62,630 bases of DNA, filler included, from 12 parts of 12 records of this genome joined end to end with filler, not necessarily neighbours in it, one strand, 5' to 3'. Shown: positions 24,306-35,632, numbered from the whole stretch's first letter. Numbers and translations: made by a program. Notes: a model not told the origin generated them from the sequence alone.

Positions 24306-26886
24306 TCAATTGAGACCAAAGGCCCAAATCAATGAAAGCGTCCCCCAAAACATCAAAATGACACAGAGAGAAACCAGCATTGCTGAGCATTTGAAGTGAC
24401 TCAGATCATCGATAAGCCGGCTCGTGTTAGCCAGCGCGCCCGCTGCCACAGGCAGCACCAACAACAGTGAACTGACGACCACTAGAAGGATCCAGCACAA
24501 GGTGCGCCCTACACCATCTAAAGTGTCGCTCTTTGTGGGACAGGCAGTGTCAGGGTGAAGCAGCAGCTCACTCGGACCAAGAGCAGTGAGAGTGATACCA
24601 ACAGCAAGCATGGTGGTTGACAGGAGCACCCAAAGGCCAAGGCAGACACCGTTCCACCAACTGTAAGGGAACGCTTTGAAGCCACTAACAAGCCAACAAA
24701 CATGGCACATCACAGTTCTGACGTCGTGCAACAGAACGATAGGAGAAATGAGCACCTGCACGTGCACGCAAAGTGAGAAACCAGCCAGCAAGGGCGGCCA
24801 CCAGAAGCGTCCCCCAGCAGAACCAGGCACAGACCCCCAAGGTGAGACCACCACCGCACCCTCGAGCAGCTCGGATTAGCATCACTTCAGCCAGCCAAAT
24901 CGCGGGCCCGGCGAGCGGCGCCAGCATGCGCAGCAGGATCTCGTCACTCAGGTTGATGTCAAGCCGTAACGCAGGCACGTGAGAGAGGTCGGGAAGGGTG
25001 TACAGGCTATAACAGCCTCTCCGACGCAGCTTTTTAAGGCTGCTGGGCAGCGGGGGTAGAACTTCCAGGAGAGGGCAGCTCTGAACGTCAAGCTCGGTGA
25101 GGCTTGTCAGATGGATCAGGCTCTCGGGCAGTGCCTCGAGCTTCGAACAGTTATGCAAACTTAAAGACTCGAGTGCCGTGAACAGACTGATTCGATCGGG
25201 CAACATGGCAAAGGCACTAGAGGAAAGACAAATCCGCCTGCATCGATCAAGGTCCAGCGCCGCAAGCACCGCCTCCACGTTCTCCTCTGAGTCTCCCTTC
25301 GACCCTTTCAAATCCAGTTCGATGTCGGGCAGCTTGGCGGCTCCTAGGGCGAATAGGAACTTGTCCCGCTGTGTCTTCGTCTGTTCGAGAGCCCTGCGCA
25401 GTGCCGAAGCAGCCACAATGCCGTGGACGGTGACATTGAGCTGGCTGCTGTCATCTCCGATCGATTCAAGAATCCGCTGCCTATCCGAATCGACGGAAGC
25501 CTTGCCATCCTCACAGCGAAAGGTCACTCCGACCTCAAACAGCTGGAAAGGGAAGGTCTGTTCCCTCAAAATCTTCTCTTGAGGCAAACCACGATCGGCC
25601 GCCACCAGACTCGTGGTTACCCCAGAAGCTTCACGCACGACAACGCGCGACTCTGACATAGGCCCGAACATCCTGTGGGCCCCAACTGAGAAAGCAGCAA
25701 GCAATCGCAGCCACCATCCCAGATGCCTCCCGAGGAAACGCCCAACACGCCTCGCCCCGAAGCATGCCACAAAGGGCGTGTACCACACAGTCTCAAACGT
25801 CCTGATTCTACATGGATTGGTGCCCAGCGCCTCGAAGCAGCTCTCGACCTTGAGCGCCCACCGGCCTGGCAGCTCAATTTCTTGAGGCTCTCGCTCCGGG
25901 ACATACATATCATAGTAAGCCTTACGCCCAGGCTTCCGGTTGACCAGGCTCTCGTACAATTCATACACACCTGGCACAGGCTCGGCCAGCTTGCCGTGTG
26001 GTTTACTTACACCAAATCCGGCTCCACGAGACCCCATTGTGGTCGAGCACTGATAGCGTCCCATCAGCCAGCTGCATGGCCCTGTGAAACGGGGTGAACT
26101 GGAGCTCTTGCCCAATCGGCAGCTCCTTGGCCAGCTCCGCCGGGTGCTGCCGGTTAGCTACCCCCTCCGTCAGCCATACTCCAACCATCACCCCGACCGT
26201 ATGCGCATTGTAGTTAGACATAGATTCTATGTAGTTAGTGTAAAGATACCGTATGCGCAGACCCAGTATGCCGTGTCCCGGTGGAGCCCTCGGTCTATCA
26301 CGTGCTGCCTCACACAGCTCACAAACCCGAGCACTGCGCTGGCCCAGGTGTGCGAGACAAACCAATCCGGCGGCTGCTCGGCGCTCGCCATCAGTTCGAC
26401 CATCGAACAGAGCCGGGCCAGAGTGGCCGGCAGAATCACCCATTCGAGCAAATCATACAGGTTAACCTCGCCCGGATCGGACAGCTCCACCCCCCCGGTC
26501 CCCGGCCGGCTCACAGCCCAGCGCTCGCCGGCCCCGATTCGTCGGTGGATGTGTCTGGCCACCCTTTCCAGTTGGGGGACCGAGATAGCCCTCCTGGCCG
26601 TGTCCGGGATCACGCACCCGCTCCCATCGGCTGAATGCAGGTCGTTAAACCCATCGGACGCCTCGTTCTCCACCGGACCGGAGAGAGGGGGCTCGTCGTC
26701 TGGCTCAATCGTGCTCACTGTGACCGCCCGCGGGCTGCAGCCCCATCGAGCAGTGAGCAGCTCATCCTCACTTGGAAAACTGCTCAACCCTTGAATCGGT
26801 TGGGCAGCCTGGTCTGTCTCGTTCTCGGCTGCCAGCCACCCATCGTCGCCGCCCTCCGCACCCATCGTCGCCAGCCCATCGTCCAT
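24306..26886 (-). CDS. HET/TIR-like domain + LRR + C-terminal multi-TM protein
   Basis: FVSHTW, YWVCAY|ANRQH, PFHRAM and SRIWC|VYE motifs, then LPDRISLFTALESLSLHNCSKLEALPESL-type LRRs and 5-6 hydrophobic segments. Introns at 26158-26249 and elsewhere. The start could instead be the ATG at 26865. Confidence 0.75.
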
Positions 26887-26922
26887 TGCGTTCGGTTGAG
26901 ACTTTCTTATCCTCAGCAGCAA

Positions 26923-27361
26923 ATGGCCTCTGTTTTGCTGAAAGCGGCACTGCTCGTGCTCTTTGCGGCTACCCTGACCTCCTCGTCTATCGAGACCGAC
27001 GACGTCGAGAACCTGCACGGTTTGCATGCCTTGCCTGGTGCGCGCTGATAGTGCGAGCAGATATGGACGCCGATGAGTACGATCCTGATGTCGCGCGTGC
27101 ACTGAAGCTTGGCAACACGGAAGACCTGCTCGAGGTGGGCGAAAACGAGGAAGAGGGGTTCGCCGGTGCTTCGTTGTTGACCACTGGTGATCCTCCCCCC
27201 TCTCTTGTGCCCTCTCATTCGCCGTAACACGTTTAGTCGTGGTTGCTCAACCCTGCCGTCCGGTGCTCTCCTTCCGGCACTGGTAGTATATTGCCTTGGG
27301 ATGTCGGGCTGTGTCGAACGAGGTATCGGGTGACAGGTTCATTCATCATGATGTCGCTGAC
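26923..27361 (+). CDS. Secreted acidic protein, 3' partial
   Basis: Signal peptide MASVLLKAALLVLFAATLTSS. Introns 27020-27060 and about 27187-27336 give LLEVGENEEEGFAGASLLTTG|SFIMMS. Confidence 0.65.
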
Positions 27362-27526
27362 NNNNNNNNNNNNNNNNNNNNNNNNNNNNNNNNNNNNNNN
27401 NNNNNTTAATTAATTAANNNNNNNNNNNNNNNNNNNNNNNNNNNNNNNNNNNNNNNNNNNNAATACCGTACAGAGCAGCAGTACCCTCGCGGGATTTGCC
27501 GTTAGAACAACGGCACGAGCACGTCG

Positions 27527-28762
27527 ATGAATCAGGGGCGTGAGGGCGCCAGCTTTGCGCTGTCGTCTCGGATTGTGGGGCACAAGGGCCGAGTGTTCGA
27601 TCTGCACCATTCACCGGCCGAGCCGGACGTGTTGGTGTCCGCGGGCGAGGACACGACCTGTCGGGTCTGGCATCTGACCGAGCAGGGCCACCGATGCCAC
27701 GTGCTCAGGGCGCACCGAGAGGAATGTCTCGTGTGTGGCTTCTCTCCCGGGGGCGACCTCATCGCGTCCGGCGGCAACGACAATCTAGTGTACGTGTGGG
27801 ACAACGGCAGGCTGCGGAGCCTCGAGCTCGACCAGGCAGAGGATGCGGCAGAGTCAGGGGACGGGGCAGGCGAGGCGTGCGGGCACGGGCCAGGCGAGGC
27901 ATGCGGTAGCGCGCAGTGCGAACACCATGCGGGGACGGATAGGCCGAGCCAATCACGCCAGTTAGAGGGGGCGCAGCTAGCGCGGCTGGACCTGCCAGAC
28001 CAGGTCTATGGATGCAACTTTGTGGGCGACAACGCCTTGATGACGTCGGCAGGCAGCTGCGTGACTCTTTGGGACCTCACAATCGGCGAGGAGTCCGCCG
28101 GGATATCTATACAAGACGACACACAGGGCGGCTTCGTGTATGGAGGGGTGCGCAACGAAGCCAGCGAAGTCTGGATCTTTCAAGCCAGCCTGAGCGGCTG
28201 TTCAGGCATGCTGGCAGCCGCGTGCAGCGATGGCTTTGTGCGGCTGTATGACGCTCACCTCCGATCGCCAAAGCCACTGTGTCGTGTGCGGAGCAGTTCT
28301 GCTCGATCGTGCGCTGCGACGTGCTGCTCGTTCGGAGCTAGTGGCACTGAGCTGGCGTGTGGTTGGGGCGACGGTTGGGTGTCGGCATGGGAGCTCCGAG
28401 CCTGCCGGGCAATGCTAGACTTTGGTGCCCATCAGCAGACAGTGTACAAGTGCGGCTGGTATGAGCATAGACCGGACGGCGTGGGGCTGGTGGTGACCGC
28501 CTCGAGAGATCACACTGTGCGGCTTTGGGACACAGCCAAGAGTGGTCAGCAGCATGGGCGCAGCTTGCGGCACAACGATACTGTGCTGAGCCTGGCAGTC
28601 TCACCCCTTCGGCCCTATATCGCATTCAGTGGCGGTAATGGCGGCTACATCCAAAATAACCAGATCATTCTCTACGAAGAGGTCGATGCAGCCGCCGATC
28701 CCGAAAAGATAGATAAGAACGACGACGTACCACTCGTTTGTACTTTGTGTACGCGAACTTAA
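27527..28762 (+). CDS. WD40-repeat protein
   Basis: GH...SAGEDTTCRVWH, AH...SGGNDNLVYVWD and AH...TASRDHTVRLWD repeats. Confidence 0.92.
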   Translation: MNQGREGASFALSSRIVGHKGRVFDLHHSPAEPDVLVSAGEDTTCRVWHLTEQGHRCHVLRAHREECLVCGFSPGGDLIASGGNDNLVYVWDNGRLRSLELDQAEDAAESGDGAGEACGHGPGEACGSAQCEHHAGTDRPSQSRQLEGAQLARLDLPDQVYGCNFVGDNALMTSAGSCVTLWDLTIGEESAGISIQDDTQGGFVYGGVRNEASEVWIFQASLSGCSGMLAAACSDGFVRLYDAHLRSPKPLCRVRSSSARSCAATCCSFGASGTELACGWGDGWVSAWELRACRAMLDFGAHQQTVYKCGWYEHRPDGVGLVVTASRDHTVRLWDTAKSGQQHGRSLRHNDTVLSLAVSPLRPYIAFSGGNGGYIQNNQIILYEEVDAAADPEKIDKNDDVPLVCTLCTRT

Positions 28763-28862
28763 TTAATGCTTGCAAAGTTGTATATTCACAAGCCTACTCG
28801 AACTATCCTGCCGTTTCTATTCAAGATCCATTGCGCACGTCATATGAGCTCATTCAGTTACT

Positions 28863-29534
28863 ATGGCCGAAGCCGGAGGCCAGAAGCGGGCGAGGGAGCA
28901 GGAAGCGCTGGAGTTCACTTATTTCAAGGTGATGGCCAAGGGGCTCGGGCCGGTGCTCTGCCTGGAGGCGAGCGGGCTCGAGTGGTCCGGTGGGCCGGTC
29001 AAGGACTGGAAGACGCTCAAGCCAACCACCATCTTCGGGCAGCTTCCGATGCTCCAGGACGGCGGTCGGCAGATCAACCAGACGGTGGCCATCTGCAACT
29101 ACATCGGCCGGAAGGGCCAGGGCGACGGCGCGGACGACGACGAGTTTGCGACGTCTCAGATGCTGCTGAGCGAGGCTGAGGACATTTACTCAGCTATGCA
29201 GAAGTTTGTGCCGACGGTCTTTGTGCCGCTGGACAAGAAGCAGGGCCAGCAGGGCTACGACCAGTTCTGGTCGACCGAGCTGCCGCGCCACCTGGGCTTC
29301 CTAGAGAAACTGCTAGCCGGCAAGCCGAGCTTCACAGGCTCGGGCCGCACGGTCGGTGAGCTGTATCTGTTCTCGATGCTGCATCAGGCCAAGCTGGTCA
29401 GCCCGGCCGCGCTGGACCAGACCGAGGGGGTGCGCGGCTTCTACAATGCGACCAGTGCGCTCGAGCCGGTCGCGCGGGTGCTCAGCGGCAGCAGCGCGTA
29501 TGGAGATTTTTCACAGTACTTCATCGGCGCGTGA
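28863..29534 (+). CDS. Glutathione S-transferase (sigma-like)
   Basis: 223 aa. FTYF, KPTTIFGQLPML, NQTVAICNYIGR and a C-terminal GRTVGELYLF segment. Confidence 0.92.
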   Translation: MAEAGGQKRAREQEALEFTYFKVMAKGLGPVLCLEASGLEWSGGPVKDWKTLKPTTIFGQLPMLQDGGRQINQTVAICNYIGRKGQGDGADDDEFATSQMLLSEAEDIYSAMQKFVPTVFVPLDKKQGQQGYDQFWSTELPRHLGFLEKLLAGKPSFTGSGRTVGELYLFSMLHQAKLVSPAALDQTEGVRGFYNATSALEPVARVLSGSSAYGDFSQYFIGA

Positions 29535-29741
29535 GAGCCGCATGAGAGCTCACACATAAATGCCCGTATTAAAAAAGCTGAGCTTACATGTAATTTCAAT
29601 GTACATGCTTGCGTTATCCGTACTCGAAGTACTTAGCTTTATACGCACATGCCGGCACCAATATAAATCGCAATTGGGACCGGTGAGTGCAACCGCCATT
29701 TGTGCGTGACTGGCATCTTCGCTCAACAAACTTCTGGCCCA

Positions 29742-30473
29742 TCAGCTCCCCGCCTTCGCGGCAACCTGCTGTCTCAATACCTCGGCCAGTCGATTTGTGG
29801 CAAGCAGCGCCCGGTTGAGCCTGTGGTCTCCGCCCGGCAGCACCTGCACCTGCATGCCACACCCGGCCTCCCCGAGCAGCTTCACTACTTCGCTGCACGG
29901 ACAGGTCTCGTCCAACTCCCCGTGCAGCACAAGACACCGCTCCGCCACCGCACGTGCCACTGTCGGCTGCCAGCACGGCCACAGCACCCTTGGCCAGCCG
30001 CTCGCACAGCACGCTGGCGCCAGGAGTACAGTCGGCCCGGCCCAGTCGCCGGTCTCCAATGCGCGCAGGGCCACAGCGCCTCCCCAGCTGCTCCCAAGCA
30101 CCACGTCCGGTTCAAACTGGGCAACAGCGGCCCGCTGGATCTCCCCGCACGCCGCCAGGGACCGGCGCAACCGCCATCGCAGCAACGGCACCACTAGAAG
30201 CAGCGCCACCAACCATACCCCGCCGCTGCCAGCCACAGCCCAGTCGGCCGCAGCGGCACACAGCAGGAAGCCCAGCAGCCACCGTGCCGGACTGTTGGCT
30301 TTCCGCGGGTCCCAGGCCGACATTTGCATGTCCGGGACGTGCACCTGGCTGAATCTGTCCTGCAGGTACCGGGCCTTGCTCCCGCCCGGCCCGCTCTCGA
30401 GGCCGTGCATGAAGAGCACGCGCAGAGACCCGTCCGCAGCGCACCGCCGGCCACCACCGGCTCGAAGAGCCAT
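29742..30473 (-). CDS. Alpha/beta hydrolase (YqiA/UPF0227-like)
   Basis: FMHGLESGPGGSK, nucleophile elbow GSSWGG, LHGELDE and GGDHRL, with a hydrophobic hairpin insert. Confidence 0.88.
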   Translation of the reverse strand: MALRAGGGRRCAADGSLRVLFMHGLESGPGGSKARYLQDRFSQVHVPDMQMSAWDPRKANSPARWLLGFLLCAAAADWAVAGSGGVWLVALLLVVPLLRWRLRRSLAACGEIQRAAVAQFEPDVVLGSSWGGAVALRALETGDWAGPTVLLAPACCASGWPRVLWPCWQPTVARAVAERCLVLHGELDETCPCSEVVKLLGEAGCGMQVQVLPGGDHRLNRALLATNRLAEVLRQQVAAKAGS

Positions 30474-30517
30474 TTCACACTGCAGCGTGCAGTCCTTCAA
30501 CCGGCTTTTCCCCCAGC

Positions 30518-31348
30518 ATGGCCGGGGCGCCCGGCGCTATCGGAGCAGTGGAAGCTGAGAAGAGCAGGTGTACGATTGCACAGGTGGAGAGCAGTGCGAC
30601 GTCGAACACGCACAATGCCGATCCGGAGTCATCCCGGCTGCTCTTGGACCTGCAGGCGGTGCTGCGCTCGGAACACTTCCTTTGCGCCTCGGGACACATC
30701 CTGTGCGCCGGTTCGCCCAGCCGAGCAACCGAAGCTGAGTATTGCCGGACAGCCGTGGCCGAACTGCGAGCCGCCCGCCCGGGCTCCGACCTCCAACGCG
30801 AAGCCGCCAGCTTCCTGGACCGAGCGATCTGCCTGCTGACCGGCTGCATGCGCAACCCAGGTGCTGCAGGCCACGATGGGCCGGAGCGCAGGACAGGGGT
30901 GGCTGCGTCGGCCATGGCCACCGACGTGATCTCAGCTCTGGCCCAGGCGGCGGTCCAGTGCCCGCAGCTGATCCCGCAGGTGCTCGCGGCCCTGACTGCC
31001 CTCTGCCGCAGCGCGATCGGCCGGATCGGGCTCCCCGGCAACTGGGTTGGCGCTTTTGGAGAGCTTTTTGCTGCTGTGCAGGCTTGGACGCAATGGCAGG
31101 ATGGCTGCACCGTAGCCACAGGGGTGGAGCTGCTAGCGGCGCTGGACTGTGAAGGGGGCTTACAGCTGCTTGTGATCCACGCCCGACCAGTGCTGGCCAT
31201 CCTAGCAGCAGCAGCAAGGCCAGAACTTTTGCCGAGCTCAGAGCTGGTGAGGCAAGTGGTGAATACGGTGGTGCAGATGGCAGGGCACGGTGGAGCTGAG
31301 CTGCTGCTGCGCGAGAATGTCCTATCAGTGACTGAGCTGCTGCTTGAC
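30518..31348 (+). CDS. Hypothetical helical-repeat protein, 3' partial
   Basis: Open to the contig end. Amphipathic Leu/Ala-rich helices. Confidence 0.6.
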
Positions 31349-31448
31349 NNNNNNNNNNNNNNNNNNNNNNNNNNNNNNNNNNNNNNNNNNNNTTAATTAA
31401 TTAANNNNNNNNNNNNNNNNNNNNNNNNNNNNNNNNNNNNNNNNNNNN

Positions 31449-33366
31449 AAAACATGGGTCCGAGCGCAAAACACAGGTGGGCGACTTCAGGCCAGCTGTA
31501 CTAGCCATGGCTATATGCCCAGACCCTGGAAGGCACCCTTTCGGCAACTGTTCCCAAACGCCCCACCTGGAACAAAACCTTTTGGAGAGGCGCTCCCGTT
31601 CGCCAATAAGGCCACCTGTTTGGAGGACAGTTACAACGCCGAGGCTCGGGCTTTCCTCACCCCGCTCATGGGTGGTCAGTACTTCCCTCCTTGGATTTCA
31701 AAAGAACCAAACAGCTCTCACACTATATCGATGAGCTGTGGCGGACCCAAGCTAGAGTTGTATATGTACAATCCCGGGCCCAAAAGCACGTTTGGGGGGA
31801 TGGAATGGGAGGGACAGCGGGACACCCCGGGGCAGAAAAATCGCTGCGCAAGAAAGTCTCTACTAAAGAAGGATTTGTGACATCCGCAAAGCGAATGAAG
31901 CTAGATCCGCATCAAGCTCCATGCCGCACAGATCCCAAGCTTCACTGGCAGATGCGAACTGTGTTTAAGTGGGGCGCCAACAAGACCTGTAAGCAGCCAG
32001 CGTTGGTCAAGATTCCGCGTTAGCACATAACCGTTTATGACATACAGTCCAACTTGGGAATCTTTTGGTCCGATTCTTCCTCCCCCGCGCTTTTACGCTA
32101 TGAATTGTTCGCTTTCGTGAACGCCCGACGCCGCCATGGTCAGTTCGATGCACGCTTGCCGGTGGTGGTGGTGGGCTATAGCCGGGGCAGTGGCGGCCTG
32201 GGCGGCCCCAAAGAGGTCGGCGTGAAGGAGTTGTGTCCTTCATGGACAAGACAGCTGTTACCATCAGATATGCCAGTGGCACCACTGGAGTTTGGCCGAT
32301 GGATGACCGCAAGAAGATACACAAATCTGACTGGCGAACGTATGTAGGGCGTAAATGTGCGCAACCAGCCGCTGGATTGCGTACTGTTGAGCCCAATGCA
32401 AAGAGCGAGAAGGAATGCAAAGATCTATGCATCACAACATCAGGCTGTGACGGCGTTGAGTTTGAGATCGAAGTAGAAAATTGGACCAATCCAGATGATG
32501 ATGCTCAAATATACAAAAAGATCATAAGGACCAAATGCACAAGATTTCAGGGCGTCACTACTTCTGGGAGTGAGACCTCAGTAAAGCCCGGTGAAATAGG
32601 AATTGGAGCGGTATGTCAAGTGAGAAGAAGTTCAGTGCCATCGCTGCTCCAGCTAAGCAATTCGCTTTCGTCGCGTGACGGAACTGTTCCCTGACCAAGA
32701 TCTGGTGACTATCAGTTATGACGACGAGGACGACTCCGAATCTCCAGACAACCCGCCAAGAACAAATAGGTCAGCCTTGACGGTCTACAAGGTCGAGGGT
32801 GGCGAATTTGGCGTTGAAGGTCTGAGTCCTGGAATGTATCTCACAATGCGAAAACGCAGCATCATCAAGGAAATATTCGGTTGGGCAATTGATAATATTG
32901 TAGATATTCTGAAAAACTTTGGACTCATATCACCACTCAGTGACCTCGCTTCATCGATCTTAAATTGGGTAGAGGACGTAATGAAGGAGAATCAAGTGAC
33001 GATTGGCTTTTTTGCAAACACTGATCGAGTAGGATTCATGTTGAAGGATCTTAACCCGGGCTGCAGTTTGGGGACTTGTTGAAAGGCATCTTCAGCTGGG
33101 CGGAGCTGGAGCTCGGAAATGACGAAAGTTTATACCATCCACATAAGCAAGTACAACTTTTAGTCGGCCAAGGCAGGCACAGTGAGGCGCTGGATCTTTC
33201 CGAAAGGCTTGTGAGAGCCAATCGTAACCTTCTGCAGCATCAAGGCAAGCACGCGGCAGCAAAGTTGTACTCGGACAAATTGCTGCAGATTGCAAGCTAC
33301 CACACGCAATACTCACCGTGGAATGAGGCTGCGTGGAGTCAACACACGCCATGGAGGGAGCGGTAG
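31449..33366 (+). pseudogene. Disrupted gene for a Cys-rich extracellular-type protein (PAN/apple-like segment)
   Basis: Coding-like sequence changes frame several times without usable splice sites (e.g. LNPG / LQFGDLLKG at about 33060). In-frame TAG at 32021-32023. ECKDLCITTSGCDGVEF resembles a PAN core. Confidence 0.55.
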
Positions 33367-33616
33367 GAGATCTAGGCAAGTACAAGACAATCGCTACAGC
33401 CGCAGCCGGTGCTAAGCACAATCATCTATCAGATTAGAGTACTTGTAGTACGAAACAGTTCAAATATCTTTAGATAGTCTTTAAAATTCAATCTTTCAAA
33501 TTTAATGCATATCTAGAGTAAGCGCTAAGTCTTGCAGAACTATGACTGCTACTTAACTGCTACTTCTATACAACCATGGAAGTACCATGGAAGATAATGC
33601 GTACTTGGTTCGTACG

Positions 33617-35467
33617 TCAGTCAAAACCGAGATGCAGCCAGTCTGGATGTTCAAAGAAACGCACATAGCACCTGGCCATCCCGCTACAGTCGGCTGCAAA
33701 CAGCACCTGCGATAGCGTCCAGTCCCACCCGAACGATTTTGAGTTCGCTAGCAGCTCCATCCCGGCCCGCTCGCTCAGCTCCCCTTCTTCAAGCAGCAGC
33801 TCCAGCTCGTGAGCCAGCGCCCGCTCCTTGCTCCCCTCGGGGTACCGCCCCAGGCCCTTGGGGCTCGGCAGCTCGCCCTCCGGCCGATTAAGCAGCAAGA
33901 TGTTATTCCCGTGGCAGCTCCAGCCGCCAGTCTGGCGCTCGATTTCAAACCGGGTCGGCGTGACCTCGCAGGTTACCATCCCGTGCCCCGGCTGGGCCAG
34001 TACGAACACGTTTGGGAAGGCACGCGGCGCAGCCCGGAGCAGCTCCACTGCATCAGGCAGGCAGGTCTGAGCGAGCAGCTCACGGCAGAGACAGGAGAAG
34101 GGCACCCCGCCGAGCAAGTTACGCTCTGGGTCGTGAATGGCCAGCGACATGAGCGAGAGCCCAAGCGAGTTGCATCCCATCTTGGCAACCATACCCGAAT
34201 GGGTGTATGTGAGCACAGAGGGCTCGCCCTCCAACCGGAGCAGCACGTCGGCCACTCGCCCGCCCGGTGCGTACAGCAAGCTACACTCGTCGTTGTTCTG
34301 GCCGCACACCACTCTCTCCGGCTCGACTACCCCGAATGAGGTGCAACCGCGCCCGTCTACCTTCTCCATCTCATAATAAACGGCTAGCCGACTGACGGGC
34401 TCCCACCCGAGCACGCTCGCCATCCCGGCCATCTCTTGGTACGCAGTCGGCGTCCACTGCTCAGCGAGCGCCATCCCGGCCTCGGCAACCTGCTCCCAGA
34501 GCTCTTCAGTGGCCACAGCGAGCACTTGCTCTCGCTTGAGTTGGTACAGCCCGCGGATCTGCTGCTCGAGCCGGCGGCCGATGAACGCCCCCCGCTCAAA
34601 CCCGCTCACACCCGGCACCCGCAGCTCGACGCAGCTCGGCTCAGGGCACGGCGGCTCCTGCTCAGTGCTTGGTGGCTCAAAGCCGGACAGAATCAGCCCA
34701 GCTGCAGCGTCCATGTCGCCCCCGGCAGCGACAAGCGCGGCCTCGGCCACCGCGGCAGAGCAGCCAGTCACACTTATGAGCCGCTCGGCTTGCTCGCTCT
34801 CGGGCTGCTGCTGGGCTGGGGCTGCCTGCCCTAGCAGCTTGCCAGTCTCCGCACAGATAGCCAGCCAGGCGCAGTACTGCCGGGGCACTGTCGCCCCGAA
34901 CTCGGCCCCTGCCCGCGAGACCACCCCATAGTGCGTCACCAGCACCACGGCCCGCCCCTCCTCCCCCGCCACCCGCCTCCAGTGCGCCAGCCCGGCCATG
35001 ATGCTCTGACCGCTCTGTCCCGGCGGCAGTCGCCCGCCCCCGGACCCGCCGGCGCGCTCCAACTCCTCCGTACTCAGCTCGAGCCGCTCGAGCCGGCAAC
35101 CCGCGGGCAGCATCGCCTCGAGCGCCAGGTCGCTCAGGTACACGGGCGGCTCGACCCCAACCTGACACGCCACGTCGGCGGCCACTCCGGCCTGGTCTTC
35201 GCCCACACGATCGTCCACCAGCACCCGCGACTGCCCGAGCGGCCCGGCCAGCACCGCGGCGGTCTGGACACACCGGCGGAACGGCGAGCTGACCAGCAGC
35301 GGGTCGTTTAGGCTGCCCAGCCGCTCGGTGAGCTGGTCGAGCGCCTCGAGCGGCAGTTGGGGGTCCGAGATGGGCGGGTCGTGCGGCGTGGCCTCCTGGT
35401 CGGCCCAGGCCACCGCTGAGCTGGGCGCCTTGTCCTGCCGCGCGCTGTGCCGCACCAATACGAGCAT
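33617..35467 (-). CDS. Histidine phosphatase + UBA + peptidase C45 (AAT-like Ntn hydrolase) fusion
   Basis: One uninterrupted ORF: VLVRHS, VSSPFRRCVQTA, LVTHYG; then LISVTGCSAAVAEAALVAAGGDMDAAAGLIL; then GCTSFG, GQNND, GCNSLGL, HGNNIL. Confidence 0.85.
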   Translation of the reverse strand: MLVLVRHSARQDKAPSSAVAWADQEATPHDPPISDPQLPLEALDQLTERLGSLNDPLLVSSPFRRCVQTAAVLAGPLGQSRVLVDDRVGEDQAGVAADVACQVGVEPPVYLSDLALEAMLPAGCRLERLELSTEELERAGGSGGGRLPPGQSGQSIMAGLAHWRRVAGEEGRAVVLVTHYGVVSRAGAEFGATVPRQYCAWLAICAETGKLLGQAAPAQQQPESEQAERLISVTGCSAAVAEAALVAAGGDMDAAAGLILSGFEPPSTEQEPPCPEPSCVELRVPGVSGFERGAFIGRRLEQQIRGLYQLKREQVLAVATEELWEQVAEAGMALAEQWTPTAYQEMAGMASVLGWEPVSRLAVYYEMEKVDGRGCTSFGVVEPERVVCGQNNDECSLLYAPGGRVADVLLRLEGEPSVLTYTHSGMVAKMGCNSLGLSLMSLAIHDPERNLLGGVPFSCLCRELLAQTCLPDAVELLRAAPRAFPNVFVLAQPGHGMVTCEVTPTRFEIERQTGGWSCHGNNILLLNRPEGELPSPKGLGRYPEGSKERALAHELELLLEEGELSERAGMELLANSKSFGWDWTLSQVLFAADCSGMARCYVRFFEHPDWLHLGFD

Positions 35468-35632
35468 CTCCAATACGACTGTAGCAAAGAGTCGCTCCGC
35501 GCCGGACGTCAGTTGTCAGTTGGCGGAGCAACNNNNNNNNNNNNNNNNNNNNNNNNNNNNNNNNNNNNNNNNNNNNTTAATTAATTAANNNNNNNNNNNN
35601 NNNNNNNNNNNNNNNNNNNNNNNNNNNNNNNN

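Noticed and set aside
32021-32023. Stop-codon reassignment (in-frame TAG)
   Set aside because: TAG, TAA and TGA all terminate intact genes here, and this region also has frameshifts.
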